A program made the translations under genes and the position numbers. A stretch of DNA of 64,000 bases from Octopus vulgaris (taxonomy: Eukaryota): contig OX597824.1 of the NCBI GenBank assembly GCA_951406725.2, positions 21,948,001 to 22,012,000 on the forward strand, written 5' to 3'. How positions within the stretch are numbered: the first letter of the stretch is position 1; every line of letters begins with the position of its first letter. Below are positions 27,621-40,660 of this stretch, piece after piece. A model generated the notes under the pieces. It saw only the letters and a program-made list of their open reading frames with translations, was not told where the DNA came from and did not search any database.

Positions 27621-28411
27621 CCCACGCTACACAGAGCTAACAAAACAGAATAAGAATGAAAAACAGTTGTTCACGAAAGAAGAGGTCATAATCATGAACA
27701 AAAAAAAGGCTATTGTTAAACTTATTTATTTCTAACCTTCACCGAGATTCTAAATATGAAGAAAGAAAGTGATAACGTATTCCAATTAGAACATTGTTTT
27801 GTAACACAATTCAAACGTTAATGTAATATGAACATTAGCATAACCAGTACACACGTTAAAGCCACAACTGATGTTAACCATCATAGAACAGACATCATTT
27901 GTTTTGTTTTTTTTCTTTTGTTTTTTTTGTCTTTTTTTTTTTTTTGTGTTACCATCAGAAGCTACACAGTCAAGCAAAATTGTTTGCTAAAAATTTTTCA
28001 GGAGGTTTTGCTCCCTATTTTCCACTTTCGCATTTACTCTGATGATAACCATTTAGAAATTTAGGCATTTGTATTTTTTCTTATTGAATTAAGTTTTTTG
28101 TTACATTTGGGTGAGCTTTTGAAGACCAGCTATGCAACTCTCCATAGACAACAACATTTATTTTTACCCAAGGTAGACTTATTCAAAAAGTGGTTGAGAT
28201 AAGCTGAGTTTTCCAATCAGCACTGAGTCTACCAATCAGGAAGCGTTCTGTTGTTTTTCATAAACTAACTTATTCATGTTTTAAATTAATCATGCATTAT
28301 CTTTCAGCTTTGAGGTTTTGATGATGATATTGTTTACTTCTAGAATGACATTGTAGGATAGGTGTAAGAGGCTGGATCTGGATTGTTTGAATGTAAAAGC
28401 ATTTTTTTTTT

Positions 28412-28719
28412 TTTTTGTTTGTTCCTTCTTAAGCCATACCTGGCTCATAAGGGCCAGTTTCCCGGTCTCCTTGGCGTATAGGTTCCCCACCTGGATGGGA
28501 CACTGGTCTGTCGCAGGTGAGCTGCAAGATGCAGGAGGAAAGAGTGAGAGAAAGTTGTGGCGAAAGAGTCAGCAGAAGTTTGCCATTACCTTCTGCAGGA
28601 GCTGCATGGAGCTTAGGTGTTTCGCTCATAAACACACACATTGCCCAGTCTGAGATTCGAACCCGCGATCCATCAACCGCGAGTCCGCTGCTCTAACCAC
28701 TAGGGCATGTGCCTCCACA
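28412..28719 (-). mobile_element. SINE family E
   Basis: Reverse complement of 16745-17043, with A-box-like TAGTGGTTAGAGC and B-box GGTTCGAATC. Confidence 0.9.
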
Positions 28720-29189
28720 CTGTAAGGCATGTAGATATGGGGCTCGATATGGCTGGTCTAAATATGCAAAAGGGTTAAAGTTGTGCTCCTTGCACAAGGA
28801 CCCAATCTAATGTTCTGAGTGTGGCATCATCCTAATTAATATCTTCTGGATCAGTATTTAACAAGGATTATAAGCAACAAAATTCCTGTAAAAATATTTC
28901 AAGCCTGAAGAACTCAAATAGGCTTGAATGTGGAGTCTTTAATCGTTTTAAGCTTGCTTTCCACACATTTTCAATCAAATAACCTGTAAGTTGACTTGGG
29001 ATCCCTTGAGGACAATGTAACCTTCGTTTGACTAAGGTATATTTAGCCTGATGAGTAGCTAATGAAGTACCCCTCATTGAGTAATTACTAATTCTGAGGT
29101 TCTGCTTGTTAGGAAACATATGCAGCCTGGGTTTTTTACCTTCTCCATTTCCTAAATTTGGATATATATATATATATATTTACGTATGC

Positions 29190-29455
29190 ATGTTGGCATG
29201 TGTGTTTGTGTGTTTGTTACTGTCTCCTTGCCTTGACATCACATGACTTGTAAGCAAGCATCCACCATCACGTCCTTTGTTTTCAGTCTTTACAGACATG
29301 TCTGCTCATGGGGTAATATTACCTTGGAAATAGTTGAGGGATGGCAAAAGGAAGGGCATCCAGCCACATAGAAAATCTGCCTCAACAAATTCTATCTGAC
29401 CCATGCAAGCATTGAAAAGTGGATGCTAAAATGATGATGATAATGATGATCATGA
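29190..29455 (+). mobile_element. Family B-related SINE variant, 3' part
   Basis: ggaagggcatccagccacatagaaaatctgcc...cccatgcaagcattgaaaagtgg...atgatgat. Similar to 49500-50240. Confidence 0.65.
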
Positions 29456-29646
29456 AGATGTCATGTCCCTTTCTTGTATATGGACATTGGTGGATAGCCT
29501 GATACATTTTTATGCTAACAGGGACATGAAAAAATAACTCTTTTATACCTTGTTGAGCCTCATGTCTCTTAATACTAACTGCTTTCACAAGTAAAAGACA
29601 GAAGCAAAATGGAAAGAAGATTTTATATATATATATATATATATAT

Positions 29647-29682
<36 letters not shown>

Positions 29683-30799
29683 AGAGAGAGAGAGGGAGAA
29701 GAGTAAGTATGAGAAGTGAGAGATGTACTAAAAAGCAGAGAGGAAGAGGAGCGAAGATGAGGGACGGAAGGAGAAAGAGGACATGAAAGATTGTGTGTGT
29801 GTGTGTGTGTGGGTGGGTGGGTGGGTGTGAGAGAGAGAGAGAAAGAAAGAAAGAAAGGGGGAGAAAGGGAGAATTGCTAAAAAGGAATGTGGTTGGTTTG
29901 AAATTTTATGATCTTTTTGATAAACCACTCTCATAAAAAAAAAAAAAAAATCTCCGCAAACCTTACCACGACCACCACTTTTACTTTTAGAATAAAGTTG
30001 TTTGCTATTTTTATTGAGTATTTAGCCCAAGGCCACTCCTGATCAAGGAGACCAAAGATTAAAAGAAATCCCAGTCATGGCTTATTTCCCCCCCCCCCAC
30101 CACCACCACGTCGTTCGATTCAGAATTACAGTATTTAAGCAAAATGTTTGTTTATCAACACGGATGAAAATGATGAGAACTGAAGCTGACTGGATTTATA
30201 GATTCCCTAAGTAATAATGGAAGGCTGGTGCATTATATCATCCCAAAGTTCCGTTGCCCCTCCTTACCGTTCTTCACCACCACCCCACTGCAGAGAGGGT
30301 GAATGGTACATTAACTCTCAATGGATAAACTCCGAATGAATATCGTGTGAAACAAAAATTGCCTTTAGACGGACTTGAAGGGCAAAGGAAGGTGGGTGGG
30401 TGGGTGGTGGTTCTTCCAAAAACACTCACTGATTGAGAACGAACAAGTTAGACTAACTACAAACTCCATTTGGAGATTTTCATATTTTCATATATATTAA
30501 TATATATTTCAATTTTGATATGAGAATAAATTGAAGAAAGATTGCATTTTTTTTAATTTTTGTTTTTTTTTTTGTTTGTGTGGGTATGTGTGTAAGGGGC
30601 GGGCAGGGTAGGGTTTTAGCTCAATGCCCCATCTATCATAAATCAGTCCGCAAACAAAATAATAATAATAATAATGATAATAAAAAAAAAAGACCCCCCC
30701 CTACCGAAACCAATAAGAGTAATATAGTTAGTACTGATCTTCTGATACTGCACTTTGTAGATGAGCATCACAAGCTACTGGGTAATAAAATACCAACTA

Positions 30800-30801
30800 C
30801 T

Positions 30802-30844
<43 letters not shown>

Positions 30845-30926
30845 AAATAATAATAATAATAAAAATAATAATAATAATAATAAAAATAAAAATAATAATA
30901 ATAAAAATAAAAATAATAATAATAAC

Positions 30927-30958
<32 letters not shown>

Positions 30959-30990
30959 CAACAATAATAAAATCAAAAATAAATAATTAA
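30800..30990. repeat. (AAT)n microsatellite
   Basis: Direct reading. Confidence 0.97.
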
Positions 30991-31711
30991 ATTCAGAAAA
31001 CAAAACATACATATATTAAAAAAAAAGTGATTTATAGCAACAAGTGAGTGTGAGCGATATATGTGTGAGTGTGTGTGTATGTGTGTGTGTGTGTGTGATA
31101 CATAGGTACTTGCGTATGCATGCATGTTTGTATGTATGTTTGTGGCCAGGGCTTCTCATCATCGCCACTCTTATTTCATGTTTGTGTATTTCACAGCACT
31201 GTCTAGCAACAGAAGGAAACATTAGCTTCGCTTAAATGAATAAACAATATGTACTGGGGTACTTTTTTTTTTTCTGTAAGGGTTTTTTTCTTTCGGTTAT
31301 ATTTATGCATTTGTGCCATTTTTTAAAAATTTTTGGCAAATGGAAATGCATGCATACATATGCATTCATACAAGCACAGCACACACATTCACCTATAAAC
31401 AAACATACATCTACACACAAATACATATATTTATTTTATCTTTTTTCAGCAGAAAGTTACGAAAGTGACTCAAGGGCGGAGTGTTTCGTGCATGAAGCCA
31501 CTTTTGCAACTTTCTGGTGATTAAAAATAATACACACACACACACACACATGTATATATACACACAAAAACACTCACATACACTCACACATACACATGCA
31601 TATATAGGGATACACATACATCTATATATACAAACATATATATGCATCTGTGAGTATGTATGAATATGTATGCACATGGGTATGCATTCATGTATAGATA
31701 TGCATGTCTCC

Positions 31712-31748
<37 letters not shown>

Positions 31749-31932
31749 AATATATATGTCTATATAAATCTATTTATGATATATATATATATATATGGTG
31801 GAACAAGCAGAATACATAAAACTTAATATGAGTGTGTGTATATGCATGTATGTATGCAAATATATATATATATATAAATATAAGAGGGATATATATATGT
31901 ATGTATAGATATATATGTACGTATATATGTAT

Positions 31933-31978
<46 letters not shown>

Positions 31979-32248
31979 ATGTGCATGCATAGATATATAT
32001 GCATATGAATGTATGTATATATATATATATATATATATACTGATCATTTTGAGTTATGCCCAGATCTGGCGGAGGAGAAGAGTGGTAGATAGATGACGGG
32101 GGATGCAGAAATAAGCCGGAGAAGAGGAGAAAGTGATGGGGGCGACGAGCAAGAGCGAATGAGAAGTTCAAAGCAATAATTTCAACAACACAAACAGAAA
32201 CACCAAATGAAGATTCAGAAAAAACACACACACACACGTAAGCTGGAA

Positions 32249-32281
<33 letters not shown>

Positions 32282-32357
32282 CGCGCGCATACACACACAT
32301 ACATGAACACAGAAGCTGGTAAACACACACACACACATACAAAGCCAAGCCACCAAA

Positions 32358-32424
32358 GTGAATATTTAACAAGACATATTCAGACTTAAGCATCACTGTA
32401 GCTCTGTGTGTTTGTGTGTGTGTT

Positions 32425-32466
<42 letters not shown>

Positions 32467-32552
32467 TGTGTATGTGTGTTTGTGTTTGTTAGTGTGTGTG
32501 AATATTTAACAAGACATAGTCAAACTTAAGCGTCACTGTAGCTGTGTATGTA

Positions 32553-32589
<37 letters not shown>

Positions 32590-32594
32590 CTGTT

Positions 32595-32628
<34 letters not shown>

Positions 32629-32710
32629 TGTGTGTGTGTTGTGTGTGTGAATATTTAACAAGACATATTCAAAGTTAAGCATCACTGTAGTTGTGTGTGT
32701 ATGTGTATGT
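32358..32710. repeat. Three tandem units of a 46-bp unique core plus a (TG)n spacer
   Basis: gtgaatatttaacaagacatattcagacttaagcatcactgtag at about 32358, 32498 and 32647. Confidence 0.92.
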
Positions 32711-33409
32711 GAGACAGAGACAGAAGGAGTGTGTGTGCATATGTGTATGTGTGTGTGTGTTTGGCTACAAAGTACTTTTGCTTTATTTTCGTCTTCGCTG
32801 TAAATCTAATCTGGTGGTCTGTATTTATGCCGAAACTTCATGTATGTGTGTGTATGTGCGAGTATGAGAGAGAGGGAGAGAGAGGAGGAAGAGGGGGGAG
32901 AGAGAGAGAGGGGTGAGCTTGTGTACAGACCAGAACATGAAGCTGAGTAATGATAAATAAAATAGTAGAACAGGACATCTAAGTCTGTGTGCATGTGTGT
33001 GTGTGTGCGCGCGTGTGTATATGGATGTGTGTGTGTGTGTATCAAAGGACAGATTTGCTGATCAAACAGATCAAGTGAGAATGTTTTACCAACAACAGTT
33101 TCTATGGAAGAGACAAAAATATCGCCCAGATAGCTCACTCGCTACATCAGTTAAGAACAAATATTAGAAAATAAAAAAAGAAGACCCCCCCCCCCCCCAA
33201 AAAAAAATGCAAAATCAAAACACACACACACACACATAGGGGTAATGACAAGACGAGAGACAGAAATAAATAAATAAAGACGGAAAGGAAGAATGAAAGA
33301 GAATGATAATTTGAATAGTTTGTCAACTGAAATTTCGGTTTTATTTCTTGTTGATTTACAGCAGTGATTTGATAAAACCAAGGAAGTAAAAAAATATTTT
33401 TTAAATGCC

Positions 33410-33456
<47 letters not shown>

Positions 33457-34082
33457 TAAATAAAAGAAATAAAGTACAGAAACGCAAATGACAGTTTGTT
33501 TGGGTGTTTGTGTGTGAGTGTTCTTTTTCTTTTAATTTCTGGTGTGATTAATATATTACATTTAGGAGTGATAATAATAATAATAATATTAGTAATAATA
33601 ATAATAATAGTAGTAGTAATAATACTGCTCATTTAGGATCACTATAGAGTAACGTTGATTCTTCTGTAAAAGACACAAGTAATTAGAGAGAGGGAGATCA
33701 AGGAATAGTTTGGAAAACAAAAACAAAAATGCAAACTCAATCCCAAGTTTAAATTGTATAAATGAATGAGGATTTGAAAAGCTGGAAACAACCAGTTGTT
33801 ACCAACAACCTCTAACTTTTCTGTTTCATCTTGCAGGTTTTTTTTTTCCTTTCTTTTCTTTTTTTTTTTTTCATATTTATAAATCTGGTCCGTGTCAGAA
33901 CAAAGGAAAGCATCTCGGAAAACGATTCTAAATAGCTCAGAGGGTGGGTGAGTGTGTGTGTGAGGGTTGAGTAAAGAAGCAAGCACCAATGGATGAATGT
34001 TGCTGAAATCAAAAATCAAATGGCTAAATGTTGTATAATCAACCATTGGCTAGTTATTATGGAACTGAAAAACATCCTATAC

Positions 34083-34113
<31 letters not shown>

Positions 34114-34517
34114 TGTGTGTATACTCTCTCATACACACACACACACACACACACCCTATACATATAATACATACCCTATACATACACATCCATACCCCTC
34201 CCACGCACTTTTAGCTGGTCCCTCAACCCTATTATCTCCCCTTATTTGCTCCGTCTCATGTTTGATCTTTGACCTCTGGCCGAAATCAGATCGCCATGTT
34301 GATTCGTTAGCTACTGCACGCACACGTAGGCTCGAAACGTTAAAGACTTGTTTTATTTATATTTCCTGAGCGCCATACTAATACAATTGTTCGTTTGTTT
34401 TCCACCTGCCTTCGTCTTTTGTTTATTTTCATAAGCTTCCCTATATATATACACACACACACACACTGTGTTATATATATATATATATATATACACACAC
34501 ATGTATATATATATATA

Positions 34518-34745
34518 TCATCATCATCATCATTGTTGTTGTTGTTGTCATCATCATAACCCTTTAACGTCTGTTTTCCATGTTGGCATGAGATGGATAG
34601 TTTGATCTGAGCTGGCAAGCCGGAAAGCTACACCAGGTTCCAGGCTGATTTGGATTGGTTTCCTAACAGTAAACTCTTTACAGTGTGTGCTAGATGTTTT
34701 TAATATGGCACTGGCACAAGCACTCCAACGTGACACCAGCACAAG
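34518..34745 (-). mobile_element. Degenerate family B copy
   Basis: (CAT)n...tttaacgtctgttttccatgttggcatg... Confidence 0.65.
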
Positions 34746-34984
34746 TGCTTTGTATGTCTGCTCATGACTACACAAGCATCTAAAACAATTAGAGAAAGCA
34801 TGGTACATGTTACTAAGCCATACTTGTTTGCACATCACAGCCTGCTCTTTATATATAAAGTGGCAGAGATAAAGTAAACCAACAACAAGGCAAACAGAAG
34901 CAAATTTAGTAAAGTCCCTCATTTTACAACATATCACACAGACTATGAGGTGAACTCATGGCATTTTAATTAAGCTCTCTTCCT

Positions 34985-35225
34985 AGGCTAGCACAAACGA
35001 GCTGGGGGGTGGGCAACTGAAGATGAGGATGATGGAATTACAAGCAGATATAGACCTCTGCATCCATGGAATTTTGCAGTTGAAATGGGAGTGGGTATCA
35101 ATTGCAACCTTGACTGCAGATGACCATTGGAAGTGGTCAGCATTCATGAGGGACGTGGTGAACATGTTGGTCAGAGCTGGCTCAACCCACTCCTGGTGAA
35201 TGCCACCACAAGCACAATTAAGTAA
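34985..35225 (+). mobile_element. Possible RTE-like LINE 3' end
   Basis: Ends in gctggctcaacccactcctggtgaatgccaccacaagcacaattaagta, resembling RTE-type 3' termini. Coding signal is weak. Confidence 0.35.
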
Positions 35226-35229
35226 TCAG

Positions 35230-35813
35230 AGCTTCAGTCCTTTCTTGCCGCACGTGAAACAAGTTCTTCATCCGCATAAAACGATGTTGTGCGTATGGTG
35301 GAACTGGGAAGGGATTATCCATTATGAATTGCTTGAATGGAACCAAACGGTCAATGCAGAGCTCTATGTTCAACAGATGGAATGACTCAAAATGGCTATT
35401 CAAGAGAAAAGACCTATTCGGCAGCAGGGAGTTCGGCTGCACGACAATGCCCACCCTCATATCGCCAATATGACCATGGAAGTCATTCAAATGCATGACT
35501 GGGAAGTGCTGCCACACCTGCCGTACTCTCCTGATGTGGTACCAACAGATTTCCACCCCTTTCGATCTCTTTCAATTGCTATGTATGGAGTTTTCATTCA
35601 AAACTGATACAGAATTGAGAGCTTGGTTGTATCAATTTTTTTAGTTGAAATCAGGTGATTTCTACCAACGAGGAATTGAAAATCTTGTTGAACGTTGGGA
35701 AGAAGTTGTAAACAACAAGGGTGAATACATTATTAATTAGTTGTTATTTTTTATTAAACTTTTTAAAAGATTTAAATTTTAAACAAACCGCGGGAACTTA
35801 GTTGCCAACCTAA
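35230..35813 (+). mobile_element. mariner (DD34D) transposon 3' half, pseudogenised
   Basis: KTMLCVWWNWEGIIHYELL and HDNAHPH...HLPYSPDVVPTDFHPF (34-residue D-D spacing). Right TIR ...gaacttagttgccaacctaa followed by TA. Confidence 0.93.
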
Positions 35814-35819
35814 TACTAT

Positions 35820-36100
35820 TCTACTATAGCACCAGGTTGACCAATGCCTTGTGAGTGGATTTGGTAGACAAAAGCTGCATGGAAGCCCATTTGTATGCAT
35901 GTGTGTGTGTGTGTGTCTTTGTGTCTATGTTTGTCCCCTCCTGCTGGTTGACAACCAGTGTTGGTTTATTTATGTCCCCAAATGCGATCAACAGAAGACA
36001 TAGCAGACTTAAAAACATAAGTACTGGGGTTGATTTGTCTGATGAAAACCCTTCAAGGTGTTGCCCCAGCATGACTGAAATAAGCAAAACATAAAAGATA
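35820..36100 (+). mobile_element. Headless family A-like SINE
   Basis: ctactatagc...ttgtgagtggatttggtagac...(TG)n...taagtactggggttgatttg. Confidence 0.75.
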
Positions 36101-37599
36101 ACCATATGACTCATATGTAGCTAATCCTATTTAGGAGAAGCATTAACATCACAAAATCCCCTTTATCTCTCCCACCAATAAATCTGGGATCTTGTGTTTG
36201 TGTAAGTAATCTATAATAATAATAATAATAATAACAATAATAATAACAATAATAATAACAACAATAATAATAATAATAATAATGCTAAATAAATACTTTG
36301 GCAATTTTATTACTGTTTGAAGCTGTTATGACATGATAGTAACCATGGTAATTAAGCATTTGTACTTGGTATAAAAGTTGTAAAAGTTTGTAAACTTAAA
36401 TCACAGGCAGAGGAATAAATAAACATGAAGTATACCTAAATAGGAGAGAGAGAGATAGAGAGAGGGGGGAGGAAGAGAGATTACAGTGATCAAAAGCTAA
36501 TACAAACATTGAGCTGTAACTGTTGTAAAATCTTAATAACAGGATCTCTTTATAGTAGTTTATTGTTGGAAGTTAATAGCTGAGGGCTTAGTTCATTCCT
36601 TGTTCTTCAATTGCAAATGAAAGCATGAGCATGCAACCAATAAGTCAATAAAGCTAATAAGAATCTAAATTTGTAGATTCCTACTTGTAATTGTAGCAAA
36701 ACAAGGCATGGAGGCAAAAGAAAAAAATTTTCTTGTAGTATTATTCCTTCCGTATAGTCGAGAACCAAATTAGACAATTTCCACCCCCCCCTCTCCCAAA
36801 TACTTGGTTGATGTTGTGACTGTTTTGCCTCAGGTCTGCTCTCATCAAACAAACTAATGATCAAAGATATTCCGGTATGACCATTTCGCTTTTTCTACAT
36901 ACAGGACTTTATTCTCCAAAATTCTTTTTTTTTTCCCCCAGAAACTATGGTGTGATTTTATAGAGATTTGGCTGTTATTTCTAGTAAGTAAATTAACCTT
37001 TAATACAGTCATAGGCAACCTGCAGTTTGTGAGACTCTCTGCATGGCATGCCAAATTTTTTTTACTTATCTCAATTATTAGACTGTGGCCACGATGGAGT
37101 ACAATCCAGAAGAATTTTGGTGGAATGAATCGACTTCAGAACCTTTTTTTAAAACCTAGTACTTATTTACGAACTTCTCCAATGTAATTTATACAGCAAT
37201 TATAATAAACCTGACTAAACACTTCCTTTTTTATCATACAACATAACACTAAATATAATAGTAAGCACGATACTAAAAAAAATGTCATTGTGTATAATAA
37301 GCAAGAACAATGTTCTCTCTAATTAGTAGCAGACAGTGTGTGCAAAAATCTAATGTGCTGTTACATTTTCTATTTCCTGTGACGAAAGAATGTATGCACT
37401 GAATGTATGATAGGTATTAATATTAAATACTACATTATTTTAAACAACTAAGCTTTTGTAGACTCAAAAATTTCTTGCATGTACATTAATTTCTTTTGTG
37501 TACTGGTTGTGAACTATATATTGGCATGCCACATGAACACAGGTAAGAGATAACAGTGTACAAAAGATATTTTCCCCAGGATTTCGTTATTCATAAATA

Positions 37600-37852
37600 T
37601 CTATAACGTATGTTTGTATGCACGTGTGTACATATGTATGTGTGTGTATATGTATGTATGTATGTATATATTTGTGTGTGCATGTGTATGTGTGTGTGTA
37701 TGTATGAATGTGTGTGTATGTATGCATGTATGTGTGTATGCATGCATGCATGTATGTGTGCATGCATGTATGTGTGTATGCATGCATGCATGTATGTGTG
37801 TATGCATGCATGCATGTATGTGTGTATGCATGCATGTGTGTATGCATGTATC

Positions 37853-37883
<31 letters not shown>

Positions 37884-37892
37884 CTATGTATG
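37600..37892. repeat. (TATG)n/(TGCA)n microsatellite
   Basis: Direct reading. Confidence 0.95.
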
Positions 37893-38366
37893 TCATTATT
37901 CAGTTTATTTCAAGATTTCTTGCCAATAGAGAAAGAACCGGTTTCTAACCTAGATCCAAGTCTCCTTCATTGGAATTTCAACATCAACAACAGGGTATTT
38001 TTGTTTATATGTATGTATGTGCAGATTTGTGTGTTTTATGTATGTATATAGTTGCATATCTAGACATGCTCAAATATATTTAAATGATAAACTTCTGGAA
38101 AGTTTTACAGATTTTTACAGTTCCAGTGATGGATTGGATCTGTAGTCTTCGAATCAGTTTACTCCTTTCTGGTTTTAAGAATATTTAATTTCTCAAGATT
38201 GGTATTTAGGCAGTGTGTTACATATCCCAGTGCCCCAATAATTACAGGTATAAACCTGAACTTGTAATCTGGATAGAGTAACTGTAGATTTCTCAATAGT
38301 TCAGCATAGGTGTTTTCTTTTTCACTTATCTTCAGCTTTATGTTAACATTCACTGGGCAGCTAATT
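37893..38366 (-). mobile_element. 3' end of an R4/Dong-type non-LTR retrotransposon (REL endonuclease C-terminus and 3' UTR)
   Basis: ISCPVNVNIKLKISEKENTYAELLRNLQLLYPDYKFRFIPVIIGALG, then after a frameshift KLIRRLQIQSITGTVKICKTFQKFII*. This matches the REL EKxxxY...PVIIGALG signature. An AATAAA lies near the 3' end. Confidence 0.85.
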
Positions 38367-39375
38367 GATAAATATATAAATTAATTAATTAATGAAAGAA
38401 TGAATGTATGTATGTATGCATGTATGCATGCATGTATGTATGCCTGCATGCATGTATGTATGTGTGTGTGTGTGTGTCCCCGTCTCAACCACTTCACATC
38501 AAATGTCAGTTTGTTTACATCTCAGTAACTTAGTGCTTCAGCAAAAGTTATTGATAGAATAAGTGCCAGACCTAAAAATCGGAACTGGGGTTCATTTGCT
38601 CCAGCATGGCCACAGTCAAATGACTGAAACAAATAAAAGAGTAAAGAGTACATAATTTCTTGTTCCCTTGATATTAATTTCTCACATAATAAATTTTGAA
38701 AATTTTATATCGGCAAGAAAATATAAAATATATAAAAATAAAGACGTTCCAGCTATGTTTTTGTCAAATTGTGCAAACATTTCATAAAATCTATGCAGCT
38801 GATTATTTATAAGTTAAATATACGCAGGTAAGCAACTAATGATCAGCCAGTGTACTTCATTATATAAAAGCTCCCTGTTCCCAATCATTCTCTTAAATTG
38901 AATTCTACCCAAACATCAGACTCTCAAGCGCAATTAAACATTGTATGTTCACGCTGATAATTCTGTCAGCATGCTACAATTTCACGCTGAGATTCTTTAT
39001 CAGCGTGTTGGAATATTCTAATGGCCAATAGCATAACGATTGCATGCAACCGGCATGGTTGACGTAGCAGCAGAGGAAATGTACCCAAGTTAATTATTAG
39101 TAATTGTATTTGTGAAGGATCTCTCAAAACTAATCTAAAACATCTTACGAAACCACAATAGAAACTGGCCTTTGAGTTAATTGAGAGAATGGCTATGTGA
39201 TTGCTAAACCAGTTAGAAATAGCAACCAAATCTCCCTTATGTCCTTTGACTTAATGAAATATTGTTTGTGAATGCTCAACTGGTTCTGGTCAGAAATAGC
39301 AACCAAATCTCCCTCGAATCACACCATGTTATATAACCACAACAGAAGCTGTCCTTTGAGCTAATGAGAGTAACC

Positions 39376-39662
39376 TTTTACTCTTTCACTTGTTTCAGTT
39401 ATTTGACTGTGGCCATGCTGGAGCACTACCTTTAGTCAAGCAAATCGATTCCAGGACTTATTCTTTGTAAGCCTAGTACTTATTCTATTGGTCTCTTTTG
39501 CAGAATTGCTAAGTTACAGGGGTGTAGACACACCAGCATCAGTTCATATATATACATACATATATGTGTGTGTATGTGTCTTTGTATTTGTTGCTCCACT
39601 AATTGACAACTGGTGGAGGAAGTGAACAAATGTTGTGGGGACAAACACAGATACACAAACAT

Positions 39663-39700
<38 letters not shown>

Positions 39701-39859
39701 AGCTTCTTTCAGTCTCCATCTACCAAATTCACTCACAAGGCTTTGGTCAGCCCAAGGCTATAGTAAAAGACATTTACACAAATTGCCATGCAGTGGGACT
39801 GAACCTGGAATCATGTGGTTGGTAAGCAAGCTACTTACCACACAGCCACTCTTGTGCCT
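39376..39859 (-). mobile_element. SINE family A with an oppositely oriented ~85-bp insert (about 39545-39630)
   Basis: Family A body and head; the insert is shared with 41100-41185. Confidence 0.88.
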
Positions 39860-40414
39860 ATGTGTATTAATGGCTTAACAAGCTAGAAATAACAGCCAAA
39901 TCTCATTCAAATCACTTCTTGGTATATAGTAAAAAAAAATGGACACAGATAATATAGTAATACTCTGACTGGGGTAGGGTGAAGAAAACAACAGGATGAT
40001 CAAGATTGGAATGCCTAATCACAAGTCTGCTTGTTCAAAGCTGACCTGGGGTTAAATAGTAATTATCATTTTGATATATTTCAATTAATAATATTTGCAT
40101 TAAACAGGGATATATATATATTGGGGAAAGAGGTGTTTTAAATCATAGCAATTAGCAGGATGCAACTGTGTGAATATATAATCATGTATACAAACTATTG
40201 GCTATCTCATATACATTTTATCAATTACTGCGAGAATAATTATCTTTAGAGTTATATATGACACTTCCTGCTGCTAAGCACTCAACCTACAAAGAAGAAA
40301 TGAAATCTGTGTCAGCCAGCCAAACTGATGAAACAAGAGTTACATGCCTTGCTCAGAGACTGCGATGTCACAGTCACAATGGATGTCTCATCAGGGGTAA
40401 CGTAAGCTCTAAAA

Positions 40415-40660
40415 ATAAATGCACCCTTTTAAAGCTTAGCCAGGTTCATGGACCCAGTTTCTATGGCTTATGTGTTCCCCAGCTGGACGGGACGCCAGAG
40501 CATTGCAGCGTTACTCATTTTTGCCTGCTGAGTGGACTGGAGCAACGTGAAATGAAGTGTTTTGCTCAAGAACACAACACGTCGCCCGGTCCAGGAATCG
40601 AAACCGCAATCTTACGATCATGATGCTGACACCTTAACCACTAAGCCACACACCTCCACC
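40415..40660 (-). mobile_element. SINE family D
   Basis: Collinear with 4951-5202. Confidence 0.88.

Noticed and set aside
29045-29075. CTGATGAG hammerhead-like box
   Set aside because: No stem II followed by GAAA at a suitable distance; the catalytic core is incomplete.
32358-32710. CRISPR-like repeat-spacer pattern
   Set aside because: The context is eukaryotic, the spacers are TG microsatellite, and there are no cas genes.
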